Assembly (NCBI RefSeq): GCF_006345805.1
Contig: NC_042999.1
Coordinates: 89,280,001-89,344,000, forward strand
Source: Octopus sinensis
Taxonomy: Eukaryota
Direction: 5' to 3'
Length of the DNA stretch: 64,000 nt
A program made the position numbers and the translations under genes. The notes below the pieces were generated by a model. That model saw only the letters and a list, made by a program, of their open reading frames with translations. It was not told where the DNA came from and ran no database searches. Position 1 is the stretch's first letter. The number at the start of each line of letters is the position of its first letter. Positions 12,961 to 25,934 of this stretch are shown in pieces.

Positions 12961-13649
12961 CCGTTTAAGTACGAAATGTTACATCGTCATGAATTCAGTA
13001 ATACTCTATATATATTACCAGGTAATATTTGTGGTAGTTTTCGTAGAGTAATCTCAACTTACGAAAGTTCACAAGACGGATGCATTTGGTTCAGGTACGA
13101 AATGTTCTGTTTCTACAAGTCAAATTTATCAAAAATTAGGCAGAATACTTTACACCAAATCAACGTCATGTCGTCAGAGTTGTGCGTATCTTTCACCGAA
13201 TCAGCAGTTGTGTATAAGACCGTCACCTTTAACATCAAGTACCAAATTTTTGTTGGTTATTTTTTAAGAATATTCCCATTTTTTCCATTCGATATCTTTT
13301 GTGATAATTCCTTATTGACTACCATTTCTTCTTCACCAGTGTTATTACACACACACGTAGGTAAATACACACACACACACACACACAGACAAAACGACAC
13401 ACACACACACACATACACACATATATACTTATAAGAGACCAAAGTGTACATACGCCGCTATATTTTTATACATAAAAAAATACAGAAATGGGACAAGAAC
13501 GCAAAACATCCAGACAGTTAGGTGATAAAAAAGGGACAACAAAATATCCAGAAAGACGATACAAAGAAAACATGGACGGGTCATTCAGAGTTTTCTACCC
13601 TCAGTCGAGTTCCAGATTATCTTTGCAATTTCGGCCAATCTTTTTCATC

Positions 13650-13970
13650 CACGCCGAGAGTTGAGTGCTGATACTTTGAAATGCACCAATTACTATTGGT
13701 AACATGTCTACTCTCTTCATTGACCACAATCTTCATATTTCCCACTTCAAACCGTCATAGTTGTTTATTTTTTCTTCCTCTTTCACACTGATCCTGTTGT
13801 CACCGGGGTATGCTATGACGATTATCAAACGTGTTCTTTCTTATTTATTCACCACAACATTGTCCGGTTCCCGATGTCTAGTTGGGTGATCATACTAAAT
13901 CATTGCATCTCACAGGATTTTGCGTTTATCATTTTCGGTGACTCCTTCTGGAGTTTTCTCATAACACGCC
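13650..13970 (-). pseudogene. R4/Dong-type RLE LINE endonuclease fragment
   Basis: Translation ...PEGVTENDKRKIL...HREPDNVVVNK...IAYPGDNRISVKEEEKINNYDGLKWEI.RLWSMKRVDMLPIVIGA (PD..D/E-K fold). Confidence 0.8.
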
Positions 13971-13978
13971 ATTGTTAT

Positions 13979-14022
13979 GTTCTTGTTCTTGTTCTTGTTC
14001 TTGTTCTTGTTCTTGTTCTTGT
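13979..14022. repeat. (TTCTTG)n hexamer microsatellite
   Basis: Direct inspection. Confidence 0.95.
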
Positions 14023-14350
14023 TTAGGCTGCCTTCCAGGCCAAATATTAATAATAACGTCACTATAGTGTGTTCGAGTAATGAATTAATGGCTGGATAAA
14101 GATCGTCTTATGAAATTAAAAAAAAAAGTGGTTTGTTGTATCATGAGTGAGAGATGTTATAAAGCAGTGCTTTTTTGTTTGTGGAATACATTTAGAGCGA
14201 ACAAGAAGAAAGAAACCATACCTCCATCTAGCACAAAACGAAATTCCCTTTCATATGACCCCAAAATAATGGTTAAAAGCCCTGGTTGATGTATGGAACA
14301 ATGTGGCTTCTATCGTCTAGAGCAGGACATGTCTAAGTGTATATTTTGCT

Positions 14351-14795
14351 ATTTCTTTACTGCCCACAAGGGGCTACACACAAAGAGGACAAACAAGGAC
14401 AGACAAACGGATTAACTCGATTACATCGACCCAGTGCGTAACTGGTACTTATTTAATCGACCCCGAAAGGATGAAAGGCAAAGTCGACCTCGGCGGAATT
14501 TGAACTCAGAACGTAGCGGCAGACGAAATACCGCTAAGCATTTCGCCCGGTGTGCTAACGTTTCTTATTTCTTTACTGCCCACAAGGGGCTAAACATAGA
14601 GGGAACAAACAAGGACAGACAAACGGATTAAGTCGATTACGTCGACCCCAGTGCGTAATTGGTACTTAATTTATCGACCCCGAAAGGATGAAAGGCAAAG
14701 TCGACCTCGGTGGAATTTGAACACAGAAAGTAACGCAGACGAAATACAACTAAGCACTTCGCCCAGCGCTCTAATGTTTCTGCCAGCTCGCCGCC
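14351..14795 (-). mobile_element. Head-to-tail dimer of Meta-core-like SINE
   Basis: Full unit 14565-14795 joined to a head-clipped unit 14351-14564. Confidence 0.9.
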
Positions 14796-14949
14796 TTCAG
14801 AAATGTATTTTGTCTTCAAGACCAAGCATAGAATGAAACAATAGGTAAAGATGGTTCACTACACCCACGCAGCATCTGGTGCTACAATATGTAAAGCAGC
14901 ACAATACAAGGGTCACAGCTAGGAACAGTGGTTTTGCTATTGAGCCTTG

Positions 14950-15350
14950 GTTCGTTTTTGTCATTATGGTTCGTTACAGAGGGACAATGAAAACAGAAGT
15001 TGCAAGAAGCAAAATTTAGTTGGAGCAGGGGTCAATATGGAGGTACAAGTTATAATCATTCTTGAAGTGTACAAACGACTTCGAGGCTGGCGGTTCAAGG
15101 TAGAATACTTATTACTATGCTTGTGGGAGTAAAAGATACAAGCAGCCGTTCTATTCAGAGAAAGTGAGGAAGAAGAAGAAGAGGACCGTCGACGAAATGC
15201 AGCAAATGTAGCAACAATAGCCCAACCACCACCACCACAGAAAATGACCGGTTACACAATTCAAAGGATAATCGAGATGCTCTCAGGAGCTGACGTTCAT
15301 GTAGGCGAAGAGCATTCTCCAAGTAATATTATTCAATCGGGTTTTGATAG
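14950..15350 (+). pseudogene. Possible retroelement Gag/ORF1 remnant
   Basis: RG-rich stretch, degenerate knuckle-like YYACGSKRYKQPFY, then acidic ESEEEEEEDRRR and PPPP; interrupted by stops and frameshifts. Confidence 0.25.
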
Positions 15351-18300
15351 TAATATTTAACATTCTCTAATATTGCTGGTATGAAAAGAACCGATTTGAT
15401 AGGTGCTACTTTAAGACTGATGTGAAACCAGCATTCTAGGGAAGCATTTTGGAGTAGTTTACAAATTTTATCTGTGAAACCAAATGTGTGTAATGAATGT
15501 AAATTCTTATGCGTTATAAGACCTACTTCCTACTTGTGAAAGAGTTTGTTGTGTTTGATTTGTGTATTATTTAGAATAGTGAATGATCGGGGTTCTGCTA
15601 ATAAGAATGTTTTCTGAATTATTGTTACATGAAAATCGTGATTGGGTTCAAAATATGTTTTACCTGTAGTTCCTTTAAATCTTGTTAGTGTTGCATCCCT
15701 TCCTATATTAGAAATAATTATTATAATGTTCAGTTTGTTGAGAGCTTTCAATACTAATGCATAATATTAATGACTTAATTTAGCATAATTTATTATACAT
15801 TGCTTATTGCATATTATCTTGCGATATCAGTTTCTTTACTAAACCTGTTGATTTCAGCACGGAGCCAAAGCCCCCCTACTAGAAACTAACAAAATCAACT
15901 AATGACGCAAAATAAATAACAGCAAAATGTGTGAAAAGAAATATTTAACTTCTTCTCCGGCTTTCTAGTTTCAGTCAAGAGAGTGAATACATTTACAGGC
16001 TTAACAGAGTTGGAGCTTACACTGGAAATCCTGCCAGCGTTATTAATATCAACAGGAAAATGCTGATATAAACATACACCAGAAAAAGTTTCGAGGAAGG
16101 ACTAAATGACCATACTTTATGATATACCAATATACAGAGATTGCAAGATCAAGGCCAAACGACAGAATTTTTTTTTTATTATTATTTAAGGTCACCAGAA
16201 GAAAGTGCTTCCATCCCCGAATAAAGGTTTATAACCAGAATAACCAGAATGTGGGGACTGAAAACAGGAATATTCCCTATAACTATAGATGCCGTTGAAA
16301 TGATTAAAAAGAGTTGCAAACAAAAACACATTCAAAGTCCAAGGGCTTACAAGTATCTAAAGAATACAGAACATAGCCACAACAATGCATATACAGCTGT
16401 GTTCGTTTGTGCAATGAAAGCACAGAAATAAAATTTGCAAAAGAGTAATAATCTGCCCAGGTTTATGTAGTTATTCAACGTATTCAGTTCTCAGTATTTT
16501 AGCATAATATGAATGTAGTAACCAAGATTATCCCAAATTCATTCCTAATTAAAACAGTACCACACTCTAATTAGAAACATAACAACGGATTTGAACAGTG
16601 TGACCCATGCGTAATTAGTGAAGTGTCGTTCATTCGTTCATTTTGTGAGGAAATGTTCATAATTAGCTTTCACTCCAAGCATTTCTTACGTCTTTTCAAT
16701 ATCGTTAATTACTAAATTTTTATAATTACATTAAAAATATATAAAATATATATAAAAATATATAACCACTTTTGTTTGTAAGATTTTTGCATCTTTTCTA
16801 AGAGAAATAACTTGACAAAAACATTAACATGTTCTTCACAAACAATTTCGGAAAGCAGCTCAGTAAATATGTCAGAGTGTTGCGGGTGTCAAAATATCTT
16901 ATTTTTACGGTTGTTAAGAGACACGACTCTGTCCTGTTGTTGTCAGAAACTGACACTCTCACAGCTCCTCTGACGATCAACAATATTTCATTAATTCCTT
17001 ATGACTGTTTTATTTGCTTACTTGTTTGTTTTAATTTATGCCTGACTGATTACGTTGCCTGTTGCCTTCTTTTCAGACGAAGACAAACGACTAGAGAGTC
17101 CTATAAACGTCTCGAAATAAAAAGTAAGATTCGAGGCGAGGGAGAGAAACTCATGTCAATGAAGCATTGACTAGAATAGTTTTGGCCGGCGCCACACAAC
17201 TTCAAGTCAATACTGGTTGGGTGGTCTGGCCATAAACCTCGTCTCGCTCTGCTAATTCAGGTGACGTAATTAAATCAGATAGAGTTTATTGTGCGCTTTT
17301 CATATTGTTGTTTCAGATCTCATTGCTGTGCTAAAGTTTCGGCTACTGCTGCTACTGTGGTTAGAGATGAGAAAAAGTTTCTACAATTACCAACAATTTA
17401 TTGTATTGAATCTGAATCAATTACAGCAAGATTAACAAATAGTTTTCTGCTGTAACCAACAGCCTGTTTTAATTAAATAAGAACTAACCTCTAACTATAT
17501 TCGCCATAACAAATAAAACTGGTTTTTCTGTTATGATTAATGGTATCTTAAACAGTTAGAAAAGTTGCAATTAATTTCTTAATATTTGCCTACTTTTATT
17601 GATCCTTGGAGAAAGAAAATCCTATAAATATTTTTAGGAATTGAACATAGATCATAAAGGTGCAATGAATTTCTCTGCAAGGATTTTCGTTCTGTGCTCA
17701 GTGAATTTTATCTTTTCATCGTCTTTGAATCTTCCTGTGTTAAAACCCACCAACTAAACTTTTCAAAGCATTTCACACTGAAATAGTTATAGCTTTCATA
17801 CTAGTAACGGACATTGTAATGTTCATGGTAAACACCAGCAAACCATGTTCGATTCCTCCTTGTGCTAATTTCATTCACTTTGCTAAATCTCTTGGTAAAA
17901 GCCACACTCCTCATTTGTCTCACATTAAGTAAACAGAAATGATCAACTATCGATGGATACTATTGATTGATCAGGAATAGTGAATCAACTGATTATATTT
18001 CACTAAGTCAAGGACTATATAACTATATATATTTCGTAGCATATTATGTTGTAGGGTATATAGTTATACTGAATTACAGGTACAACCCATTTTTGCCAGC
18101 CGTATGTTGTAGGGTATATAAGTCATAGGGTATATATGTTGTAGAGTATGTTGTAGGGTATATTGAAGTAATAAACATGCTAAATATTAATGTACGTGAT
18201 ATATTTCTGGGACTAGGCGAACAGTCGGAGAATTTATGCAGTAATATAATGTAGTGTTCCGTGGAGTCATGAAATCTATGAAGCATGACAAACGAATCGA

Positions 18301-19359
18301 TCTCAATCCTCAACATAATTTAAATATCACCTTCTTTGTCTGTTTTTTCTTTCTATCTTTTTATCTACCTAATCCTCCCCACCCCCGTTCTCCTCTGATA
18401 TCACTAACTCTCTTGAAAAAACCTTGAACAGCGACACAATCTTATTTTCTTGCATGTGACGATACCATGTACTTAAGTAAGAAGTCAATTACACTCCATT
18501 GTACATTCACACACATAATTGCATGAACGATCATAATATTATTTTTTTTGTATAAAACAACATTCGCAAATGCCAACTTATTGACTCTGAAAGTCTATAA
18601 AAGTCTGAATTACAGACAAGAATTGTTGTCTTAATCAGACATGCATTTCATGATAATTGAAATTTTGAAACTTGTAAATAATTACTGAGCATAAGAGTGT
18701 CATTATATCATTCAAACATCTAACACATGAGAGTCAGCAAAACAGTTTACTTCCGTGTTGGAAAGATATATCCATGATAGCGACATCAGTTCCAACTGAT
18801 GTCGTTGAATACCACTCCGCCAAAGCGGAGCCAGCATTACAAACACCCTATTCGACCATGTGAGCCTAACTTTCACAACATGAAAGTTAGGCTCCACGTA
18901 ATCTGAATTAACCAATAAAGGCCTAACAGAATTCACCTTGAATTTGTTTCAGAGCTCCCACTCTTCTCGTAATATATGATGAGATGGACCACGAAACTTT
19001 AAGTTATCTTGGACCTGAGTCAAACTATTACCTAAAAGTATATTGTAACTCTTAGCAAATGTGTTGAGGGCCACTTTCTTTCTTTGTGCATTCGTCTGTG
19101 TGTGGATGTGTGTGTGTGTGCGTATGTGTGTGTGTGTACTATAGATAATTAATTTAGTGTGTGTGTGTACTATTAGATAATTAATTTATAAATCCTTAAA
19201 TCCTTAAAAATGTTTTAGCCCGAAGGCCGCGGCTATGCTGGGGCACCACCGCTGAAAAAAAATTATGAGGTCTCACCGAGACATAATTATTTATTTAAAC
19301 TCGGAATTTCGAAGAAAATAATAAATATAATCATATTGTATTTGCGACAGGGAATTTTC

Positions 19360-19570
19360 AAAATCGTTAGAGCATCGGACAAAATGTCCCATGATGTTTA
19401 TTCCGATAGTGCATTCCGTCCGAATGCAGCTCCTGTCGAGTTCACTCTATTTTTCATTGTTCTGGGGTCAAGAAAATAAAGTACCAGTAAAGCATAGGGT
19501 TCTATGGTATCGGCTAATCAATTATCTACTCTCAAACCTGCTGGTCTTGTACCTAAATTAGTAATCATTA
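19360..19570 (+). mobile_element. Old, highly diverged Meta-core-like SINE
   Basis: ATCGTTAGAGCATCGGACAAAATG head and CTGGGGTCAAGAAAATAAAGTACCAG core. Confidence 0.6.
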
Positions 19571-20286
19571 GTTTTGCTACATCTCACGGTACTTTGCTCC
19601 ATCTCGCGTTACGCTGTTTACAAACTAGTGGATTATCTGTGAAAGACATATGAATGCCCAACTGAAACAGATCTATGTCATTGAATAGATATTTCTATTT
19701 ACTTCAACAATATCAGATTATTGGAAAGGGCATATATAATAATTATAATAATTATAAATAGTGCAGTCAGTACTAAGCCCAATTGCAAGGAACCCATAGT
19801 TTCAGGTTCATTGATACTGGTAATTTGCCAATTTATCTGACGAAGTTGTGTTGCAATGAATATCCGTTGCAATAAAAAATTAGAAACCCAATGCACTGCT
19901 GATATAACTTAGTGATCCTTATGTGAATGTAAGTGTACGTACGCACACGTATTAGTGTATGTGTGTATATATATATATATTGCGTGTGTGTGTGTATGTG
20001 TGCGCGTGAAGCGTGCGTCCATGTGTGCGAAAAAACTTACATCCGGTTGTGGTATATTCCAACCCGGGAGGTCTACAACAGGCCTTGAACACTGACATTA
20101 CATTACTAGGTTAACCAACTGATTCTCCTGCCCTCCCCTTCTTAATCGTCGTTCTTTAATCTTCTCTGATAGTTAATGAAAACATAAATTACTTGACTGT
20201 ACCTCATGTTTTCATTACTCATAAACATTCTTTTCAGTGTGGGACATGAATTTGTCGAACAACTCGTTAGACAGATAGGAGCCTGT

Positions 20287-20690
20287 GAATTTCTTAAGAC
20301 ACCTTTTTGACAGATACGATTCAGCAAATTTGTAAAAATTACTTGTTAGATAAATTCAATGAGACACTTGTCTGACACTTGAGAGGTATTGAATGTGTAA
20401 AGACTTGTTTGACAGATGTCAGTCAGAGAATTTATTTAGACTTGTTTGACAAATGTGAGAGAGTTAAAAATCATTAAGATAGCCTGTTTGATGGGTTTGA
20501 AACAATGAATTAGTTAAGACACTTGTCCGGCAAGTGTTTTCCGTCACTTAATTTATTTAAGTACTTGTCTGTCGGTGAACTAACGATACTTGTTTAACAG
20601 ATATACGTCAAATAATTTGTTAAGGGACTTTTATCTGTCATATGAGACACAACGAATTTCATTTAAATACTTGTGGGATGAGAGTCAATG
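20287..20690. repeat. Degenerate ~39-bp minisatellite (about 10 units)
   Basis: Approximate consensus GAATTTRTTAAGACACTTGTYTGACAGAT followed by a variable tail. Confidence 0.7.
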
Positions 20691-21280
20691 GGTCTACGAC
20701 AGAAGTTGTCTGACTTTGAGTTTTGACAACTGCCTCGCAATACGTTTGCTAATTTTTGTTTAGCTAAGTCACCTACGGTCAAGCAGACCCATGAGCAACA
20801 TGTGTTCTTCCTTTTTTTAGGGTATTATTTGATGGAGATTTGCCTTCTATTTTCAGTAGGTCGAGACACATCGAAGAGAGCTCCTTGATTAATTAATGTA
20901 TCTCAGACAGTGAAAGACACAAATCAATGGATTGAATTGACATGTTTGGCATGAAAGTTGTCAAACACCTTCGAAAACCCCATCCAAATGTATGTTAAAG
21001 GACAAATATTAAATTTGTTAACCCCTTTTTAATGGGGATACAGAAAAATAGCTGATCCCATATCAATTCATCCAATGTACATTTTACTGTATGAAATGTA
21101 GCTTTATATTATGCATGTAGATTTATACTACCATTTGAATACTGCTGTATGTGTGTGTACGTGTATTCGTGCGTATGCATATATACGTTGTGTTTGTGTG
21201 TATCTATGTGAGTGTAGATACGGTGGTGGTGAAGTGTTTGCATGTGAGTGTAAGAGCGAGTATGAATAATGTTTGCATTC

Positions 21281-21846
21281 ACAAGGCCAGCAATTTCGGG
21301 GGAGGGTGTAAATCGATGTAATCGACACCAGTTTTCAATTTGTACACATTTTATCAACCCCGAACGGATGTAAGGAAAAGTCAACCTCTGCGGAATTTGA
21401 ACTTAGAACATAAAGACGGACGAAATACTAATAAGCATTTTACCTATTTCTTTACTACCCACAAGGAGCTAAACACAGAGGAGACAAACAAGGACAGACA
21501 AACGGATTAAGTCGATTATATTGATCCCAGTGTGTAACTGGTACTTATTTAATCGACCCCGAAAAGATGAAAGGCAAAGTCGACCTCGGCGGAATTTGCA
21601 CGCAGACGAAATACCTATTTCTTTACTACCCACAAGGGGCTATACACAGAGGGGGCTAACAAGGACAGACAAACGGATTAAGTCGATTATATCGACCCCA
21701 GTGCGTAACTGGTACTTATTTAATCAACCCCGAAAGGATGAAAGGCAAAGTCGACCACGGCGGAATTTGAACTCAGAACGTAGCGGCAGACGAGATACCG
21801 CTAAGCATTCCGCCCAGCGTGCTAACGATTCTGCCAGCTCACCACC
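21281..21846 (-). mobile_element. Head-to-tail trimer of Meta-core-like SINE units
   Basis: Full unit 21613-21846, clipped unit 21442-21612, clipped unit with the alternative tail 21281-21441. Confidence 0.85.
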
Positions 21847-22076
21847 GATTGTATCAAATATTGATTGTACAAAAGCTGATTAGATGTTGTTCTTGTATAA
21901 CGGTCAGGTCAGCCCGGACTGAACAATCACATAAACAATAGCATTTTTGCCATGACCATCCCATCCTTTAGGAGTGCCTACGATTAAATGATCTGATAGA
22001 CTCTTTTTAAGTTTATAGTGTATGATTTTAAAGACATTTGCCCAGTATTAATAGCAGGTCGAACGACCGTGTAGAG

Positions 22077-22321
22077 CAGTGGTTCACAATCAGGGTCCAC
22101 ATGAACCTTAAGGGGCCCAAATAAGATTTTGTTGTTAAAATTTATGTGAAGCAGATTAATTATACTCCGTCTATGCACAAAATATTCTTTCATGCAATTC
22201 CTAATAATATCTAATTATAAAAATATATCATTTTAAAACGATCAAATGGTTGTGAGAGTTCATCTTAGTAAAATAAGAATTAAAGGGGTTCATAAGTAAA
22301 AAAAATGGTTGGGAACCATTA
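22077..22321. mobile_element. hAT (Charlie-like) MITE
   Basis: TIRs CAGTGGTTCACAA / TTGGGAACCATTA; 8-bp TSD GTGTAGAG (22069-22076) / ATGTGGAG (22322-22329), 6 of 8 identical. Confidence 0.7.
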
Positions 22322-24984
22322 ATGTGGAGGTTTATTTGTTGATGCGTCAGTCTTGATTGCGTGTGTGAATGTCTGAGTAAATTTGATTACTTATGCAGAT
22401 GTGATATATTATCAAAATTGAAGCGATAATGGCAGAAGTCTTTTGTGAATAGAAGCATAAAGTACATCTTTGCCTCAGTGTATACAATATATACACACTC
22501 ATATCTATATCTCTGAATGACCTGATTACACATGATCATATACATATCATTATATGTATAATAATATTGTGTATGATAATAATGTCCGTGGGGATGTTAT
22601 TTTATTTTATATCCCAAGTTGGCGAGAATAGCACAACTGCACAACTGACTACAGGCTTTCACTGGGCTAATCACTGTATTTCTATCCACGGGAGTAAGAA
22701 AGTACTGTCTGTAAACTTGTAGACCTCTTTGAAAGAAAATAGAAACTTGCGCACACGCTCACACACACATACACACCCATACATACATATATTGGAAAGC
22801 CTCACTGTGAGTATAATAAGAATGTAAACATCTTCTTTATATATTATTTATGTGCAAAAAGTGGGAAAGCAGTCGGTTTGTTCACCGCTTTTTGAAGAAA
22901 ACATTCCCGCTTTCCTTCCCCAACAAGTGCATGTAAATCAATCATAAATTAGACTGGCACAACAGGGGATAGCCTATTCGGCGTATTTGCCTTTTAGACG
23001 ACTCGTCACTAATTTAACGATATCTATTTTATGCACACTATGGCGTAAATCAGACAAACGGAAATAAATTTTCTTAAGAAAGAGTTTCATGCGTAGTTCT
23101 AAAGTGTCGAGGCGATATCTAACACTGATGAAGCAAAGTCACACCAAAACACCGACTTTATCAATTTGTTGACGTCCTTAGTGCGTAGCATGTATTACAC
23201 ACAAAGCCTATCACCGAGATAAAATTCCGCAGCGAAAGCTATTAACGTAGTAGAGTACAGGAACGTTTTAAAAATGAAAGTAAAAATTATTACGCTGATT
23301 CTTGCTACTTATACAGAGAGAGAAAGGGAGAGGGAGAGAGATAGACAAACGAAGATAGATAGAGACAGACATACAAAGAGCTTGTTTGAGAAGCGGTGTT
23401 CGTCCATCTATAAGCAATGTAGGTAATCGAAAGTACTCTTTCATTTTTTAAAGCTGCTGTTGTTTCTACTACTCACAATGGTAAACTGTACCACCCCAAC
23501 GAATTTATTTGTTATTTGGTGAACTGAAATAACTGAGCCTTTCGTATTTTAACCGAACACTCTAACCACTAAACTATACATCTTCACTTAAGTGTTTACA
23601 AAATTTGACTAGAGCCATCGTGGCAGATTTTGAGTGCTAGACATTGTAGAAATAGCGTCCAAATCTTCCTCAAATCATAGTCCCATAAAAGATAAATAAT
23701 ATGGCAGAGGTCAACGTGTGTAACGGATGGAATATTATTTCTCATAAGGATGCCCGGCGCATAACTCACAAACGCTATCATTATATATCGCAGGAAGCAT
23801 TAAAAATCGAGCCTGGAAAAGTTTGTGGAGAGCGGAAGCAAAAAAATATTTGTCCTTCACTAATATTATTTTAATTCCTCTACGTTCAAACACGGTCATA
23901 AAATAGAGTACCAGTCGAGTACACTGTTTCAATTAATCTACTATAACCTTTTCCAAGGAAAAATCGACATTTTGTCAATGCTAAAAAGTCAATATTATTT
24001 TAATTCCTTCGGTAAGTTTGGGAGAGTGAAACCTACTGGTATGTTAATACTTCGGCCAAGCTACGAAGGCGTCAGTTTACTGTTACGTAACAAACATCCT
24101 GCTGCATATCCAGAGAGAGTAGGAGAATGAAAGAGAAAGAAAGGGGGAGATAGAGAAGAAAGTGAGGAGAAAAGGGAGAGAAAGAGAAAGAAGGAGAGGA
24201 TCAGAAAGCGAAATAATTAGTAACAAAGGAAATATATCTGAAAGGCCCGTAGAGAGCTGTTTATTTGTTTAGTATGTCGTCAACGCCTACAGCTTCGAAA
24301 TCAAATTAAATTGTTAACTCCAAGGAAACTTACCAAAACCAACCAAACGTTATAATTCTAACCTTTAACGTAAGCGACAGGCAGAGATAGCGTTTGACAG
24401 CCAGTGTCAGTCGAGATACATGTCTAATATATCAACTAGAAAATCGTAATGCTTGCTGGACCCTGCCATCTTACTTGATGTTAGCAGCATGTTGCTGGCA
24501 TTCGTCTGGAAGCATGACTGTACAAATACACACACACACACGCACACACACACACATATGCATTGCATGTATGCATGTGTGTATATATATATGTGTGTGT
24601 GTGTGTGTGTATTGTCTCACGCACAGAGATAGATAGATACAAACATTTACATACACGCAAATGCACACACATATATACACACACACATATACAAGCATGT
24701 GTATATAAGGAGTTTCTAAGTAGCATGCAGGCGACTTGGTAGGGAAACAATCATCAATGCATTTAGATATGCATGTCTCTGTTTATTTTCAACCGACTAT
24801 TGCTTGCGAATGTGACTCTATGCATAGGTACCGCCGTATACGCGTGCATATGCATGAATATTTATGACACAAAATTCAGCTAAAGGTATGTATATATATC
24901 ACTTTCTGTTCATCTTGCTCTAGAATTATTTTGGGCGAATAGTGTTGAAGTTATAATATCAACTTAATAGCACTTTAACTAAAA

Positions 24985-25287
24985 CTGGCTCTCAGTCGGT
25001 TACGACGATGAAGGCTCCTGTTAATCTGATCAACGGAACAGCCTGCTCCTGAGTATTCCACAGACATTCGTACTTTCAACGTAGTTCTCACGGAGATTCA
25101 GCGCAACACAGAATGTGACAGGACTGGACCTTTGAATTACAGGTACAGCTCATTTTTGCCAGCTGAATAGACTGGACCAACTTGAAATAAAGTGTTTTGC
25201 TGAAGGACACAACGCGTCGTCGGGAAGCGAACGCATGACCTTACTCTGTGTGCCAAACACTCTAACCACTAAGCCATACGCCTTCAC
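24985..25287 (-). mobile_element. V-domain tRNA-derived SINE
   Basis: Reverse complement of the family at 54982-55307 (TTGTGTCCTTCAGCAAAACACTTT...CAGCTGGCAAAAATGAG). Confidence 0.8.
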
Positions 25288-25734
25288 TTAAATGATAACT
25301 AAATTTGACTAGAAGCCATCATGGCAGATTCTACATCATTGCTCGACCTATAGAAATAGCAACCAAATCTCCCTCAAATCATAGTCTCTTAAAAGATGAA
25401 AAAAAATGGCAGGTGTCCACGTGTGTAACGAATGGAATATTATTTCCCGTAAGGATGCCCTGAAAGAGTTGGTTTGGAGCTACACCACAGCGAGTAAAAT
25501 TCGAACACCTTATAGTAGAATCAAAAGCGAGGCGATCAACCTACAGCTCCAAGCAGAAACTAGGTGGTCCTATCTTATAATACATATTTTCTCTTGCGTT
25601 GACTGACGGCACGGAAGTCAGCTGCGACAGTTTTATTAGCGTCGTCTAAATTAATTTAAATAACACGCGCTCAACGTGCACCACGCCATCATTCATATAC
25701 ATATATGGGCGCGCCCGTACATACACATATTCAC

Positions 25735-25765
<31 letters not shown>

Positions 25766-25774
25766 ATATATATT

Positions 25775-25806
<32 letters not shown>

Positions 25807-25849
25807 CATGTATATATTTATTTACGTATGTTTATATGTATGAAGATAT

Positions 25850-25911
<62 letters not shown>

Positions 25912-25934
25912 GGCGGAGGGAGAGAGGGAGGTAT

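Noticed and set aside
17600-17880. Possible mariner HTH remnant on the minus strand
   Set aside because: Similarity is too weak by eye and no TIR was found.
18862-18894. Literal integron attC site
   Set aside because: The R boxes match, but the site is far shorter than known attC sites and lacks L boxes and extrahelical bases; kept only as part of the hairpin-cluster finding.
20287-20690. CRISPR-like repeat-spacer appearance
   Set aside because: Repeats are too degenerate, the spacers are short and related, there are no cas genes, and the context is eukaryotic.
22925-23060. Clustered Pbx/Hox-like sites (TGATTGAT, TGATTTAC twice)
   Set aside because: AT-rich 8-mers are expected several times by chance in 64 kb; no conservation data available.
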